DNA of 55,109 bases from Solirubrobacterales bacterium (GTDB lineage: Bacteria; Actinomycetota; Thermoleophilia; Solirubrobacterales; 70-9), in the NCBI GenBank assembly GCA_049684635.1, contig JBAVGD010000002.1, forward strand, positions 1 through 55,109, given 5' to 3'. The notes under the pieces are model-generated. The model saw only the letters and a program-made list of their open reading frames with translations. It ran no database searches and was not told where the DNA came from. Both the position numbers and the translations under genes were made by a program. This document shows, piece by piece, positions 25,703 to 35,057 of the stretch; position 1 is the first letter of the stretch; each line of letters opens with the position of its first letter.

Positions 25703-27109
25703 ATGCCAGCAAAGCGACCGACACCGCTGATCATCACCGTCCAGGTCGTGGGTCTGTGCGGCGTGGCTGCGGTGTCCATTGTTGGCCTGGGCGTTTCGAG
25801 CGCTCGCTGGGACCTGCCCCTGTTCGGCATCCTGCTGGGCTTTACCGTCTTCAGCGATCTGACGGCGATCGAAACGAAGTCGAAGCTGAAGACCTCCGGC
25901 AGCTTCCTGGCGCTCGTCCTGGCAATGGTTCTCCTCGGCGGCCCACCGGCCGCTCTGCTCGGCGTGCTGACGATCCTGGCCGGCTGGCCGCGCTGGCGCG
26001 ACGCACCTCACTACCTGCTCAACAACCTCTTCACCTACGCGACCTTCCCGCTGATCGGTGGCATCGCCTTCCATCGGACGGTCGATGCGTTTGGGCTTGC
26101 CCCGGCCGAGGCGTCCTTCTACACGCTCGTCTTCGGGACCTTCATGCTGGCCCTGGCGCTCAACTTCACGATGACCGGTGGCTACAGGTGCTACGTGGAG
26201 CGCAAACCCTTCATTCCGACGGTACGCGGAGCGCTGGTTCCGGTCTTGCCGTCAGAGCTGGCGGCGGCCATGATGGCGGTCGGCATCGCTTTCATCTACC
26301 ACGAGATCGGCCTGGCAGCCGTTGCCCTGTTCGGCATCGTGCTGATCACCTTCCAGTATCTCCTCGGCGCTCTGCTCCTCTCGCAAGAGCGCGCGGCCGA
26401 TCTGCAGCTGCGGACCAATCAGCTTGCCAGCTTCCAGGTCGGGATGCTGAGCGCGCTGCTCCGCACGCTTGACCTGCGCGATCAGATGACCGCTCGTCAC
26501 AGCGCCGCCGTAGCGCGCTATTCGCGGGCAATCGCTCAGCGAGCCGGCCTCTCACAGCGGGAAGAGGAGCTGGTCCACATAGCTGCGCTCCTGCACGACA
26601 TCGGCAAGTTCATCCTGCCCGATCGGATCCTCAAGGCAAATGTGCCGCTCACCGAGGAGGACTGGATGCTGATTCGGCGCCATCCGCAGCAGGGCGCCCG
26701 GGTTGTCGCGTCCGTCGAGGGCTACGGACCGGTCGCCGAGATCATCCTGGCTCATCACGAGCGGATCGATGGAAACGGCTACCCCCGCGGCATCGAAGGC
26801 GACGACATCCCGAAACTGGCACGGATCATCTCGGTCGCCGACACCTACGACGTTATGACGGCTCGCGATTCCTATCGCTCACCGGTTTCCACCTATGAAG
26901 CGATGGAGGAGCTCCGCCGGGTCGCCGGGACGCAGCTCGATGCCCAATTCGTAGAGTTCTTCATCGAGCTGCTCGAAGGCAGGGACGTGAACTTCCAGCA
27001 CGACGAGGCAGCGGACTTCGAGAGGGAGCTCGCGCTGGAAACACGGATCGCGGAGGCGGCCAGCCCCACGCTCGGTCGCTTCCACATGCCGCACGTCAGC
27101 GTCAGCTAA
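25703..27109 (+). CDS. membrane-anchored HD-GYP domain protein (c-di-GMP phosphodiesterase family)
   Basis: About 7 N-terminal TM segments, then HDIGK and HHERIDGNGYPRG motifs. ATG 25703 is preferred over TTG 25679. Confidence 0.85.
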   Translation: MPAKRPTPLIITVQVVGLCGVAAVSIVGLGVSSARWDLPLFGILLGFTVFSDLTAIETKSKLKTSGSFLALVLAMVLLGGPPAALLGVLTILAGWPRWRDAPHYLLNNLFTYATFPLIGGIAFHRTVDAFGLAPAEASFYTLVFGTFMLALALNFTMTGGYRCYVERKPFIPTVRGALVPVLPSELAAAMMAVGIAFIYHEIGLAAVALFGIVLITFQYLLGALLLSQERAADLQLRTNQLASFQVGMLSALLRTLDLRDQMTARHSAAVARYSRAIAQRAGLSQREEELVHIAALLHDIGKFILPDRILKANVPLTEEDWMLIRRHPQQGARVVASVEGYGPVAEIILAHHERIDGNGYPRGIEGDDIPKLARIISVADTYDVMTARDSYRSPVSTYEAMEELRRVAGTQLDAQFVEFFIELLEGRDVNFQHDEAADFERELALETRIAEAASPTLGRFHMPHVSVS

Positions 27110-27140
27110 CGGCTGCCGGCGCGATACGGTTCGCGCCCCG

Positions 27141-28175
27141 ATGCGCGCTGTCACCTTTCAGGCTCCAGGCGAGGTCCGACTCGAAGAGAAGCCTGCCCCG
27201 GAGCTGGTCACCGCTGAGGATGCGGTGGTGCGAGTCGAGGCAAGTGGCATCTGCGGGTCCGACCTCCATATCTACCACGGCCGCGTACCGGTCGAGACCG
27301 GCTTCACGATCGGCCATGAGTTCGTGGGCACCGTGCTCGCGGTCGGGGACGATGTCGAGAGGGTCGGGGTCGGCGATCGTGTCCTCGGTTGCTTCCACAC
27401 CGCCTGCGCCACGTGTACGGCCTGCCTGCGGGGGGACTATCACCGCTGCGAGCACGGGCAGACCTTCGGCCATGGCTCGAAGCTGGGCGACCTGCAGGGA
27501 GCACAGGCGGATCAGCTGCTCGTGCCGCGCGCCAACCTGACCCTGCGCAGGGTGCCCGACGGCCTCTCGGACGAGGTGGCGCTGTTCGCCGGTGACGTGA
27601 TGGGGACCGGCTATCACGCGGTCCAGCACGCGGGCATACGCGCGGGCGACACGGTCGCCGTCCTCGGCCTTGGCCCGGTTGGGCTGTGTGCCGTGCAGGC
27701 GGCTCTCGCGGCCGGGGCGGCCCGAGTCTTCGCGATCGACTCAGTCGAGCAGCGCCTCGGGATGGCGAAGCAGTTCGGTGCCGCGGCGATTCACCTCACC
27801 GAGGAGGACCCGAAGGGCGCGGTGCGCGGGGCGACGGCCGGGCATGGCGTCGACATCGTGGTCGATGCGGTTGGCGATCCGGCGCCTCTCGCGATGGCGA
27901 TCAGCCTCGCACGCGACGCAGGGACGGTCTCGGGGATCGGCGCCTACGCCGGCCGGGGCGATGTGCCGATCGGGCTCGCCTGGTTGAAGGGCCTCACGCT
28001 CAGGTTGGGGCTCGCCAACGTCATTGCCCATGTCGATCGTGTCCTCGGCCTGATCGAGTCGGGCAAGCTCGACCCCTCGCCCCTCGTTACCCATCACATG
28101 CGGCTCGATGAGGCGGCTGAGGCATACGCGCTCTACGATCGCCGCGAAGCGCTGAAGATCGTTCTAACGCCCTGA
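27141..28175 (+). CDS. zinc-dependent alcohol dehydrogenase (MDR family)
   Basis: GICGSDLH, GHEFVG, structural-zinc Cys cluster CATCTACLRGDYHRC, and the Rossmann motif VLGLGPVG. Confidence 0.9.
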   Translation: MRAVTFQAPGEVRLEEKPAPELVTAEDAVVRVEASGICGSDLHIYHGRVPVETGFTIGHEFVGTVLAVGDDVERVGVGDRVLGCFHTACATCTACLRGDYHRCEHGQTFGHGSKLGDLQGAQADQLLVPRANLTLRRVPDGLSDEVALFAGDVMGTGYHAVQHAGIRAGDTVAVLGLGPVGLCAVQAALAAGAARVFAIDSVEQRLGMAKQFGAAAIHLTEEDPKGAVRGATAGHGVDIVVDAVGDPAPLAMAISLARDAGTVSGIGAYAGRGDVPIGLAWLKGLTLRLGLANVIAHVDRVLGLIESGKLDPSPLVTHHMRLDEAAEAYALYDRREALKIVLTP

Positions 28176-28985
28176 CTACCGCGTTGACGCGGCCGCCGAT
28201 GCATCGTCGCTCGATGACTTGGCGGGACGGCGGTGGCGGCGAAACATCTCCGCCACCCACTTGAAGCCGGGCCGCTCCTTGAGCGGAATCCGGAAGCGCT
28301 CGAAGTCCTCGGGCATGGGCTGGTCTGACGGCAAGGGGCCCCCCTCCGGTGCGACCAGTGGATAGAAGAGCGAGGCCGCGGTGAGATCGGCGACCGTGAA
28401 GGAGTCCCCGACCAGGTAGTCACCGCCGGATGCCTGCAGCTCGGCGTCGAGACGGTCGAGGGCAGCCAGGACCTTGGCCCGGGAGCGCTCGGCAGTCTCC
28501 TTGCTGCGGGCGGCGAATCGGAGGCTCGTGAAGAGGCGGCCGTATCGCGCCGAGGCGCGGCTGAAACGAGCCAGCAACGGAGGGCTGGTGCGCTCCATGA
28601 CCAGCGCGAAGCGATCCGGGTCGTTGCCCAGTTCATGCCAGATGAGCTGCCGGATGGGCGGCCCGAGTTCCTCGTCGAAGAAGTCCTCCAGCTCCAGCGC
28701 TCGGCGCCGCTGCTCGGGATCGGCGGGGTAGAGGGGTGGATCCGGGAAGCGCTCCTCGAGGGCGGCGATGATCGCCGTCGAGTCGCCGATGTTGCGACCG
28801 TCGAGGGAAAGCACCGGGAAGGTCACCTGGGCGCCCCGCGTGAGCCAGAGAGCGACGACCATGTGGGTGCTGGGGATGGGGGAGCGGCGGCGGTGCTCTA
28901 CGCCCTTCCATGCGAGCGCCCAGCGCGCCTTCTCGCTGTAGTGCGAGACGTTGATATGCCAGAGGGTGGGCGGGGAGCCGTTCAT
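28176..28985 (-). CDS. glutathione S-transferase family protein
   Basis: N-terminal thioredoxin-like LWHINVSHYSEKARWALAWKGVEH...FPVLSLDGRNIGDSTAI. ATG 28985. Its stop abuts the ADH stop with zero spacing. Confidence 0.8.
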   Translation of the reverse strand: MNGSPPTLWHINVSHYSEKARWALAWKGVEHRRRSPIPSTHMVVALWLTRGAQVTFPVLSLDGRNIGDSTAIIAALEERFPDPPLYPADPEQRRRALELEDFFDEELGPPIRQLIWHELGNDPDRFALVMERTSPPLLARFSRASARYGRLFTSLRFAARSKETAERSRAKVLAALDRLDAELQASGGDYLVGDSFTVADLTAASLFYPLVAPEGGPLPSDQPMPEDFERFRIPLKERPGFKWVAEMFRRHRRPAKSSSDDASAAASTR

Positions 28986-29021
28986 TGCGCGATCTCCGTT
29001 GCCGTGGCAGCATAAGGCCCG

Positions 29022-29300
29022 ATGACGCTCTTGGATGACTCCGAGATCGAGCGGCGGTTGGGTGAGCTTCCCGGCTGGACCTGGGATGAGGACGACATCT
29101 CCAAGACCTTCGAGTGCGGCGACTTCGCCGGCTCGGTGAAGTTCGTCAACAGCATCGTCGAGCCGGCCGAGGCGATGAACCACCACCCGGATCTGGAGAT
29201 CGCCTGGGACAAGGTGAGGGTTGTGCTCTCAACGCACTCGGAGAACGGCCTCACCGCGGCGGACTTCGAGCTTGCCGCGAAGATCGACGCTCTCACCTGA
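29022..29300 (+). CDS. phhB: 4a-hydroxytetrahydrobiopterin (pterin-4a-carbinolamine) dehydratase
   Basis: 92 aa with LPGW....I.K.F.F..F..........A...NHHPD motifs. Confidence 0.85.
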   Translation: MTLLDDSEIERRLGELPGWTWDEDDISKTFECGDFAGSVKFVNSIVEPAEAMNHHPDLEIAWDKVRVVLSTHSENGLTAADFELAAKIDALT

Positions 29301-29321
29301 AATCGCGGTTACCCTCGACGG

Positions 29322-29735
29322 GTGCCGGAAATGCTGCGGATCAACCGTGTGCTTTCGATCCCGCTTGGGGAGATAGAGCTGCGGACCAGCCGCTCCTCTG
29401 GTCCCGGGGGCCAGCACGCGAACGTGACCGCATCACGGGTCGAAGCCGTCTTCAGCGTTGCCGATTCGTTTGCGCTCACAGAGTCACAGCGGGCGCGGTT
29501 GCTGGATCGGCTGGGACCGGTTGTCACCGCCGTTGCGCAGGACGCCCGCGGGCAGGCGCGCAACCGAGAGCTTGCCCTGCAGCGCCTCGCCGAGAAGATC
29601 GCTGCGAGCTTGCGGGTGCGACGCGCCCGAAGAGCAACCAAGCCAACCGCCGCAGCCCGCGAGCGGCGCCTCGCGCAAAAGCGTCTCATCGCCGAGCGCA
29701 AGCGCGCGCGACGCCGACCCGCCGACGAGGGCTGA
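29322..29735 (+). CDS. arfB: alternative ribosome-rescue factor ArfB (peptidyl-tRNA hydrolase, GGQ)
   Basis: SSGPGGQHANVTASRV plus a basic C-terminal tail (RERRLAQKRLIAERKRARRR). The start is GTG 29322 or ATG 29331. Confidence 0.85.
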   Translation: MPEMLRINRVLSIPLGEIELRTSRSSGPGGQHANVTASRVEAVFSVADSFALTESQRARLLDRLGPVVTAVAQDARGQARNRELALQRLAEKIAASLRVRRARRATKPTAAARERRLAQKRLIAERKRARRRPADEG

Positions 29736-29738
29736 AGA

Positions 29739-30461
29739 TCAGTCCTGCCGCTTCTGTCGCCGAGGCTCGTGGCGCGCGGCCGGGAGGATCTTCTGATCGA
29801 CGGCGACGGCGCGAGCCAGCGCTTTCAGTGCAAACCAGAGCTCGAACTCCAGATAGCCCTCGAGCTCGATCGTAATCGCCGATGCCCGGCGGAGGGTCAT
29901 GGCAAGGTCCTCCGCCGAGATCGAAGCGCCTTGGCCACGAGCCTGAGCGTCGGCTTCGATGCGTCGCATGATCGTGTCGGCTTCGTCCTCCGGCATCGGT
30001 CTCGTCAGCATGCCCTCGCGCAGCGTTCCCTCCCGCTCTCCAAGCCGGGTGGAGAAGAAGCCGATCTCGACGCTGCCCACGCCGGGCCGGCGCAGCAGGA
30101 ACGCGTGGAAGATCCGGTCGTCGCGCTTCTCGAGCTGCGCCTGGTCGAGTCCGTGTTCTCCGAGGCCGGCGGGCATGCGGGCCCTAATGCCGCGCTGCCG
30201 CAAGCGCATCGCTCCTGCCTCAGCCATCTCAGCGGCTTTCCCAGGGCACACCTGTGCAATCGCGGCGAGAAGCGTTAGGCCCTGTGTGCCATGACGCATT
30301 TCGAGAGACTCGATGATCGCCGCCGGCACCCCTGAGGGAGCTGCCGGATCGGCGATGCCAAGGCCAAGTTTCGCGGCGACCCATTCCAGACCGGCGGCGT
30401 CATCGAGCGAGCCGATGTACTCGATCAGCTGATCCGTCACGTGGGCGACTTCGTCGCGCAC
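29739..30461 (-). CDS. hypothetical protein (240 aa), no recognisable motif
   Basis: A long ORF with genome-typical codon bias and no competing ORF. Convergent with arfB, 3 nt apart. Confidence 0.55.
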   Translation of the reverse strand: MRDEVAHVTDQLIEYIGSLDDAAGLEWVAAKLGLGIADPAAPSGVPAAIIESLEMRHGTQGLTLLAAIAQVCPGKAAEMAEAGAMRLRQRGIRARMPAGLGEHGLDQAQLEKRDDRIFHAFLLRRPGVGSVEIGFFSTRLGEREGTLREGMLTRPMPEDEADTIMRRIEADAQARGQGASISAEDLAMTLRRASAITIELEGYLEFELWFALKALARAVAVDQKILPAARHEPRRQKRQD

Positions 30462-30520
30462 GGCAGGATGGGCTCTGTCGGGTGGCGGCGCGGACAGGCT
30501 CCGAAGTTAGCAGTGCAAAC

Positions 30521-30550
30521 GCGACCGGTCGCCCTGCCGCGACCGGTCGC
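30521..30550. terminator. tandem duplicate of the 12-nt palindrome GCGACCGGTCGC (6-nt spacer), able to form a 12-bp hairpin downstream of the cupredoxin gene
   Basis: GCGACCGGTCGC-cctgcc-GCGACCGGTCGC. On the minus strand it is followed by GTTTG. Confidence 0.55.
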
Positions 30551-30582
30551 GTCGATCAGAAGGAGTGTCCAGCGGTCGACCG

Positions 30583-31110
30583 TCAGGTGACCGTTACGTA
30601 CCCCTTCATGAAGCCATCGTGGGTCATCGCCCATGGATCGCAGGGCTGCACGCAGATCCATTCGTAGCTGCCTGCCTTGTCGGGCGCCTTGAACGTGAAG
30701 GTTGTCTTGCTTGGCTTGTCTTCGCTGCCGCCGGGGATCTGGGCGTTCGTCCCCAGTTCGGGAGCGGTGAAGCTATGGGGCATGTCGTCGTAGTTGTAGA
30801 CGGTCACGCTCACCGTGGCTCCGGCCTTGACCGAGAAATCGGAGGGCAGGAACGCGTCGTGCCAGTTGCCGTCGGATCCCTTCTTGCCGTGCTCCTCGTC
30901 TGACTTGACGACGACCTTCACGTTTTCGGGAGCAGCTGATTCGGGGGCGGGAGTCGCGGGCGGCGTGTTTGCCGACGCTTCGCCGCTGCTATTTCCACCG
31001 CCACATGCGCTCAGGCCTAGCGCGAGCATTCCAAGTGCCGCGAGACTGAGAACGACCAGCCAGCGCGGCCGTCTCATTGCGAAGCCGATGTTGCTTCTTG
31101 CCTTCCTCAT
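30583..31110 (-). CDS. cupredoxin-like lipoprotein
   Basis: Lipobox LGLSACGG, a Pro/Ala linker, and a beta-sandwich-like C-terminal domain with H (MPHSF) and C...C...H...M (WICVQPCDPWAMTHDGFM). The start is 31110 or 31077. Confidence 0.7.
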   Translation of the reverse strand: MRKARSNIGFAMRRPRWLVVLSLAALGMLALGLSACGGGNSSGEASANTPPATPAPESAAPENVKVVVKSDEEHGKKGSDGNWHDAFLPSDFSVKAGATVSVTVYNYDDMPHSFTAPELGTNAQIPGGSEDKPSKTTFTFKAPDKAGSYEWICVQPCDPWAMTHDGFMKGYVTVT

Positions 31111-31385
31111 TTGCTGTGCCTCCTAGGGTTGTCCCGTTCGCCGGGTTCGCGGGATATGCCCTCCGCATGCAGGACCCGGATGACGCGAGCGGGACCAGGC
31201 AGGGTTTGCATCGCCGCCTCTTCTCATGACCCCCTCATTCTCGACGCGGGAGGAGCGGACCACAACGCCAGGAAGGATGGTCTTCTTGTGCCTGAGTGCA
31301 GGGGTTTTTCACCCCCCAGAATGCGCGGCTCGAGGCGGCTTCACCCCCTGCGGGCGAGAGGTCGCTACCTGTGGAAATCCACAGG

Positions 31386-32048
31386 TCAGGAGGCGCTGGG
31401 CGGAGTGACCTCGACCAGTCCCGACCGCAATGCGTAGGCAACGGCCTCCGCACGATTGCGCAGGTGGAGCTTCGAGAGGATGTTCTTCATGTGAAAGTTG
31501 ACGGTGCTTTCGGCGATGAAGAGGGCCTCGGCGATCTCGCGATTGGTCTTTCCGTCAGTGACCAGCGTGAGAACCTGGTGCTCACGGTCGGTGAGCGCAT
31601 CACGATCATCCGCCTGGGCGCCCTTGCCCTGGGACACCCGTACGAACTCCTCCAGGATCTTTGCCGCGAGGCCCTGGGACAGCGGAGCGTCGCCTTCGGC
31701 GATCCCCTTCAGCGTCCGTTCGAAGTCCTCGTTGGACATGTCCTTCAGGAGGTAACCCTCTGCCCCGCTCTTGACCGCCTCGAAGAGGTCCGAGTCATCC
31801 TGGGAGACGGTAACCATCACGATCTTCACCTCTGGCATCTCCGCCTTGATCAGCCGCGTTGCCTCGAGACCGCCGCAGCGAGGCATCGTGATGTCCATCA
31901 GGATGAGGTCGGGCCGCAGCTCACGGGTCCGTTCGAGGGCCTCGATCCCGTCGCCGGCCTCGCCGACGACCTCATGACCCGCCGCCTGCAGCAGACTGGC
32001 GATACCAGCTCGAAAGAGCGCGTGATCGTCGGCGAGTAGGACTTTCAT
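31386..32048 (-). CDS. NarL/LuxR-family response regulator
   Basis: Receiver domain MKVLLADDH...DLILMDITMP. C-terminal LuxR HTH: LTDREHQVLTLVTDGKTNREIAEALFIAESTVNFHMKNILSKL. Confidence 0.9.
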   Translation of the reverse strand: MKVLLADDHALFRAGIASLLQAAGHEVVGEAGDGIEALERTRELRPDLILMDITMPRCGGLEATRLIKAEMPEVKIVMVTVSQDDSDLFEAVKSGAEGYLLKDMSNEDFERTLKGIAEGDAPLSQGLAAKILEEFVRVSQGKGAQADDRDALTDREHQVLTLVTDGKTNREIAEALFIAESTVNFHMKNILSKLHLRNRAEAVAYALRSGLVEVTPPSAS

Positions 32049-33553
32049 CTGATGCTGCTTGTATTCGAGAGCGGGACGCGGACGCGTACCGAGGTGCCGT
32101 GGTCGACCTCGGAATCGATCTCGAAGCGTCCTCCGATTGCCTCCGCTCGCTCACGCATCGTCTGCAGGCCGAAGTGAGGCCAGCCCGTTCGGGCTCGCTG
32201 CTCCGGCTTGAAGCCGCGGCCGTTGTCCTCGACGGATACAATCAGCTCGTTGTCTTCCGTCGAGAAGCGGACGGTGGCGCTGCCCGCGCCGGCATGGTTG
32301 CGAACGTTGTTCAGCGCCTCCTGGATGATCCACATCAGCTGGATCTCGCTGGCGGGCGGCAGCGGGGGTAGCTCCCCGTCCTCGACCACCTCGAGCGTTG
32401 TGGGCACCCCGGGCATCTCCCGGTAGTTATCCAGATGCGCGCGGACCGCGTCGGTCAGGCGGTCGCCCCGCCCGAGCGGCGTCCTCAGGCTGAAGATCCC
32501 TTCCCGGACGTCGCCATAGACCCGCTTCGCCGCTTTCTCCATCGCCTCCAGCTGGACCCGGGCCTCCTCGGTGCGGTCGGAGGCAAGCAGCTTGCGCACC
32601 GCGAGGGTTTGGGTGTTGATGTAACCGAGCACCTGGGCCAGCCCATCGTGCAGCTCGCGCGCTATGCGCTCCCGCTCCTCCAGAACGGCGGCATCGAGGA
32701 CGCGCTCGTGCAGGCGGGAGTTCTCAATTGCCGCCGCGAGCCGCTCGGCAACCCCCTCGAGCAGCCCGCGCTCGGCCTCGTCGCGCATGGCCTCGCGATC
32801 GCGGGCCGCCACGCAGAGCACGCCGTAGGTCTCTCCACGGTGTGCCAGTGGGAGGGCGCAGAAGCTCTCGAATCCCAGTTCTTGGACCTCCGGGCGGACG
32901 AACCTGGTGTCCGAGAGAAGGTCGTGGACGATGATCGGCGATCCCTTCTCCGCCACCAATCCCGGCAGCCCTTCGCCAAACTGAAGGCGCTGCCGCACAC
33001 CGAAAGCCTCGGGTGCCACCCCTCGGTGATGAGCCAGCAGGAGTCCATCGTCATCGGCCAGCCAGACCTCGGCTGCTTCAGCCGAGGTGATCTCGAGGAT
33101 CGCCGCGAGGCTGTTGTCGAGCAACTCGCCAAGGTCCAGCGATGCCCCCGCCTCGCGGCCGATTGCCACCAGCGCCGCCAGCATCGCGTTGCGCTCGAGG
33201 ACGCGCCGCTCGAGCCTTTCGACGAGTCCGAAGATCGCGAACGAGAACGCGCCGGTGAGCAACACGAGAAGAGCCAGCACGACCAGGATTCCCGGGAAGT
33301 CGTGGAACCGGTGAAGGGCGGTGTGGAGGAGGTAGTTGAGGCCGACGATAAAGAGGACCGGCAGGATGATTGCCAGCCATCTGAGCGTCCTGAACCCGCT
33401 TGAGGTCAGTTTCGTGCTGTTTTCTCGTATCCGATCGAACTCGGCCCAATCGAGGCGCCGCGCCAGGGCCGTGTGCTTGCCTGCACCTGACGGCGAGTCA
33501 GGCGCTTCGACCTCCGTGCTCGCCTTGTCGATCGTGGAGCGCATGCCAGTCAA
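32045..33553 (-). CDS. GAF-domain sensor histidine kinase (HisKA_3/NarX-DesK type)
   Basis: 2 TM segments, a GAF-like segment, H-box ERERIARELHDGLAQ, and an HATPase_c domain (N-box, G-boxes). It overlaps the response regulator start by 4 nt. The start may be ATG 33544. Confidence 0.85.
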   Translation of the reverse strand: MTGMRSTIDKASTEVEAPDSPSGAGKHTALARRLDWAEFDRIRENSTKLTSSGFRTLRWLAIILPVLFIVGLNYLLHTALHRFHDFPGILVVLALLVLLTGAFSFAIFGLVERLERRVLERNAMLAALVAIGREAGASLDLGELLDNSLAAILEITSAEAAEVWLADDDGLLLAHHRGVAPEAFGVRQRLQFGEGLPGLVAEKGSPIIVHDLLSDTRFVRPEVQELGFESFCALPLAHRGETYGVLCVAARDREAMRDEAERGLLEGVAERLAAAIENSRLHERVLDAAVLEERERIARELHDGLAQVLGYINTQTLAVRKLLASDRTEEARVQLEAMEKAAKRVYGDVREGIFSLRTPLGRGDRLTDAVRAHLDNYREMPGVPTTLEVVEDGELPPLPPASEIQLMWIIQEALNNVRNHAGAGSATVRFSTEDNELIVSVEDNGRGFKPEQRARTGWPHFGLQTMRERAEAIGGRFEIDSEVDHGTSVRVRVPLSNTSSIR

Positions 33554-33628
33554 ACCCAGTTAAGTATCGCGCAGCAATGCTCCCTCTCGACCCTGCAGGG
33601 GTGCTGGCGTGGTCGTTTGGAAGGAGCT

Positions 33629-34276
33629 CTAAAACAACCCGATGCGGTCGGGTGGCCAGTACGTCGCGAAGACCTTGCCGATGATCCAGCCGCGGGGGAT
33701 GGGCCCCCAGAAGCGGCTGTCGTCGCTCGCGCCGCGGTTGTCGCCCATCACGAAGTAGTAGCCGGACGGCATCGTGATCGGCCTGGGCAGATTGCAGGCA
33801 GGTGCGGAGCCGCACGGGAGAGCGTAGGGCTCTTCTGTTTTCTCGACGCCATTGACCACCGGGTGGCCTTCGCGGATGCTGAGCGTGTCGCCCGGCCCCG
33901 CGACGATTCGCTTGACGAAGTACTGGCTGGACTCGGCTTCAGTCGGATGCGGACAGGCTTCTTCGGGCGAGTGGGGGGTGCCGCATTCGGTGCCGTTGTC
34001 GGCGCCGGCCGGTGGGTGGAAGACGATGATGTCGCCGGGGCTCGGGTCGGTGACGTCGTAGAGGAAGCGGTTGACCAGGATCCGCTGACCGACGTCGAGG
34101 GTCGGCTCCATCGATTCGGAGGGGATTTGAAACGGCTTCACCGCCCAGGCTTGGATCGCAAGCGCCAGGCTCAGTGCCAACGCGACGATGACGGCGAGCT
34201 CGATCAGGGCTCCCCGGCGGGATTGTGGCTTCGGGATGCTCAGCTTCACGGCAAGTCCTTGGCGGGATCGCCGCAT
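33629..34276 (-). CDS. lepB: signal peptidase I
   Basis: Catalytic PSESMEPTL, GDNRGASDDSRFWG, and an N-terminal TM segment. Confidence 0.9.
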   Translation of the reverse strand: MRRSRQGLAVKLSIPKPQSRRGALIELAVIVALALSLALAIQAWAVKPFQIPSESMEPTLDVGQRILVNRFLYDVTDPSPGDIIVFHPPAGADNGTECGTPHSPEEACPHPTEAESSQYFVKRIVAGPGDTLSIREGHPVVNGVEKTEEPYALPCGSAPACNLPRPITMPSGYYFVMGDNRGASDDSRFWGPIPRGWIIGKVFATYWPPDRIGLF

Positions 34277-34424
34277 ATCTCCAGCCGAGACCAGACACTT
34301 ATTCCCTTGCCCCCCGCCATGAGTGGACGGTACAGGAAAGGGTTCGCTCGACCCGAGGCTTTTAGCTCTGGTTTACCTGGTCGATGATGCTTGCCGCGGG
34401 ACCGGGTCGGAGCAGCCAAGTGGC

Positions 34425-35057
34425 TCACGAGGGCGCTGAGGTGTCCTCCAGCGAGGCCATGTCCAAGACCTCGCTGAGCCGGCGCGAGACCAGGGTGCGG
34501 AGCCGGGGACTTTCGATGCTCTTCACCCACTGCTTCGTCCGCGCGCGGCTGAAACCTGGGGGAAGTGAGAGCTCCGGGAAGTAGGCGCGACTACTGGCCG
34601 CGCCTCTCACGTAGACGGTGTCGAAGAGGGCCTTCTCGGGTTCCGCGAGGTAGCCCCGATCCTCGGAGCCGGTGAAGCCGGCAAATAGCTCGGGGGCAAG
34701 CTGGTGGACCTCGTAGCTTCCAATTCTGGTGGTGATCCGGCGGGGTCGGGCGAGCGAGGCAACCCAAATTTGACGCGGGATCTGTTCGATGATGCCGTGG
34801 TGGGCGAGGGCGGACCAGAAGGAGACGTAGGCGGGAAGCGGCGCGGTGAGGAAGGGCGGCAGGACGAACGGATCGAGGTTCGGGTCCAGCGACCAAAGGC
34901 CTCGTCGCACATGGCGCACTAACCCTGCCCGCTCCAGCGTTTGCAGGCGCTTCCCCGTCGCTCGCTGCTCGGTTCGCCAGCGGGCGGCTGCCTCGCGGGT
35001 TGTGATCACCTTGCGGTCGAGCTTCAGCAGGTCTCCGTAGGCATCGGTCACCCTCAT
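34425..35057 (-). CDS. AbiEi-family (type IV TA) antitoxin/transcriptional regulator
   Basis: N-terminal wHTH VITTREAAARW...RLQTLERAGLVRHVRRGLWSL. C-terminal domain PAYVSFWSALAHHGIIEQIP...YLAEPEKALFDTVY. ATG 35057 overlaps the AbiEii stop (ATGA). The upstream 250 codons of ORF 34425..35816 are an alternative-frame artefact. Confidence 0.7.
   Translation of the reverse strand: MRVTDAYGDLLKLDRKVITTREAAARWRTEQRATGKRLQTLERAGLVRHVRRGLWSLDPNLDPFVLPPFLTAPLPAYVSFWSALAHHGIIEQIPRQIWVASLARPRRITTRIGSYEVHQLAPELFAGFTGSEDRGYLAEPEKALFDTVYVRGAASSRAYFPELSLPPGFSRARTKQWVKSIESPRLRTLVSRRLSEVLDMASLEDTSAPS

Noticed and set aside
25268-26074. 268-aa minus-strand ORF spanning the long intergenic region and the HD-GYP 5' end
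   Set aside because: It has no motif, its composition is atypical, and it overlaps the well-supported HD-GYP membrane domain. The intergenic part is better explained as regulatory or RNA sequence.
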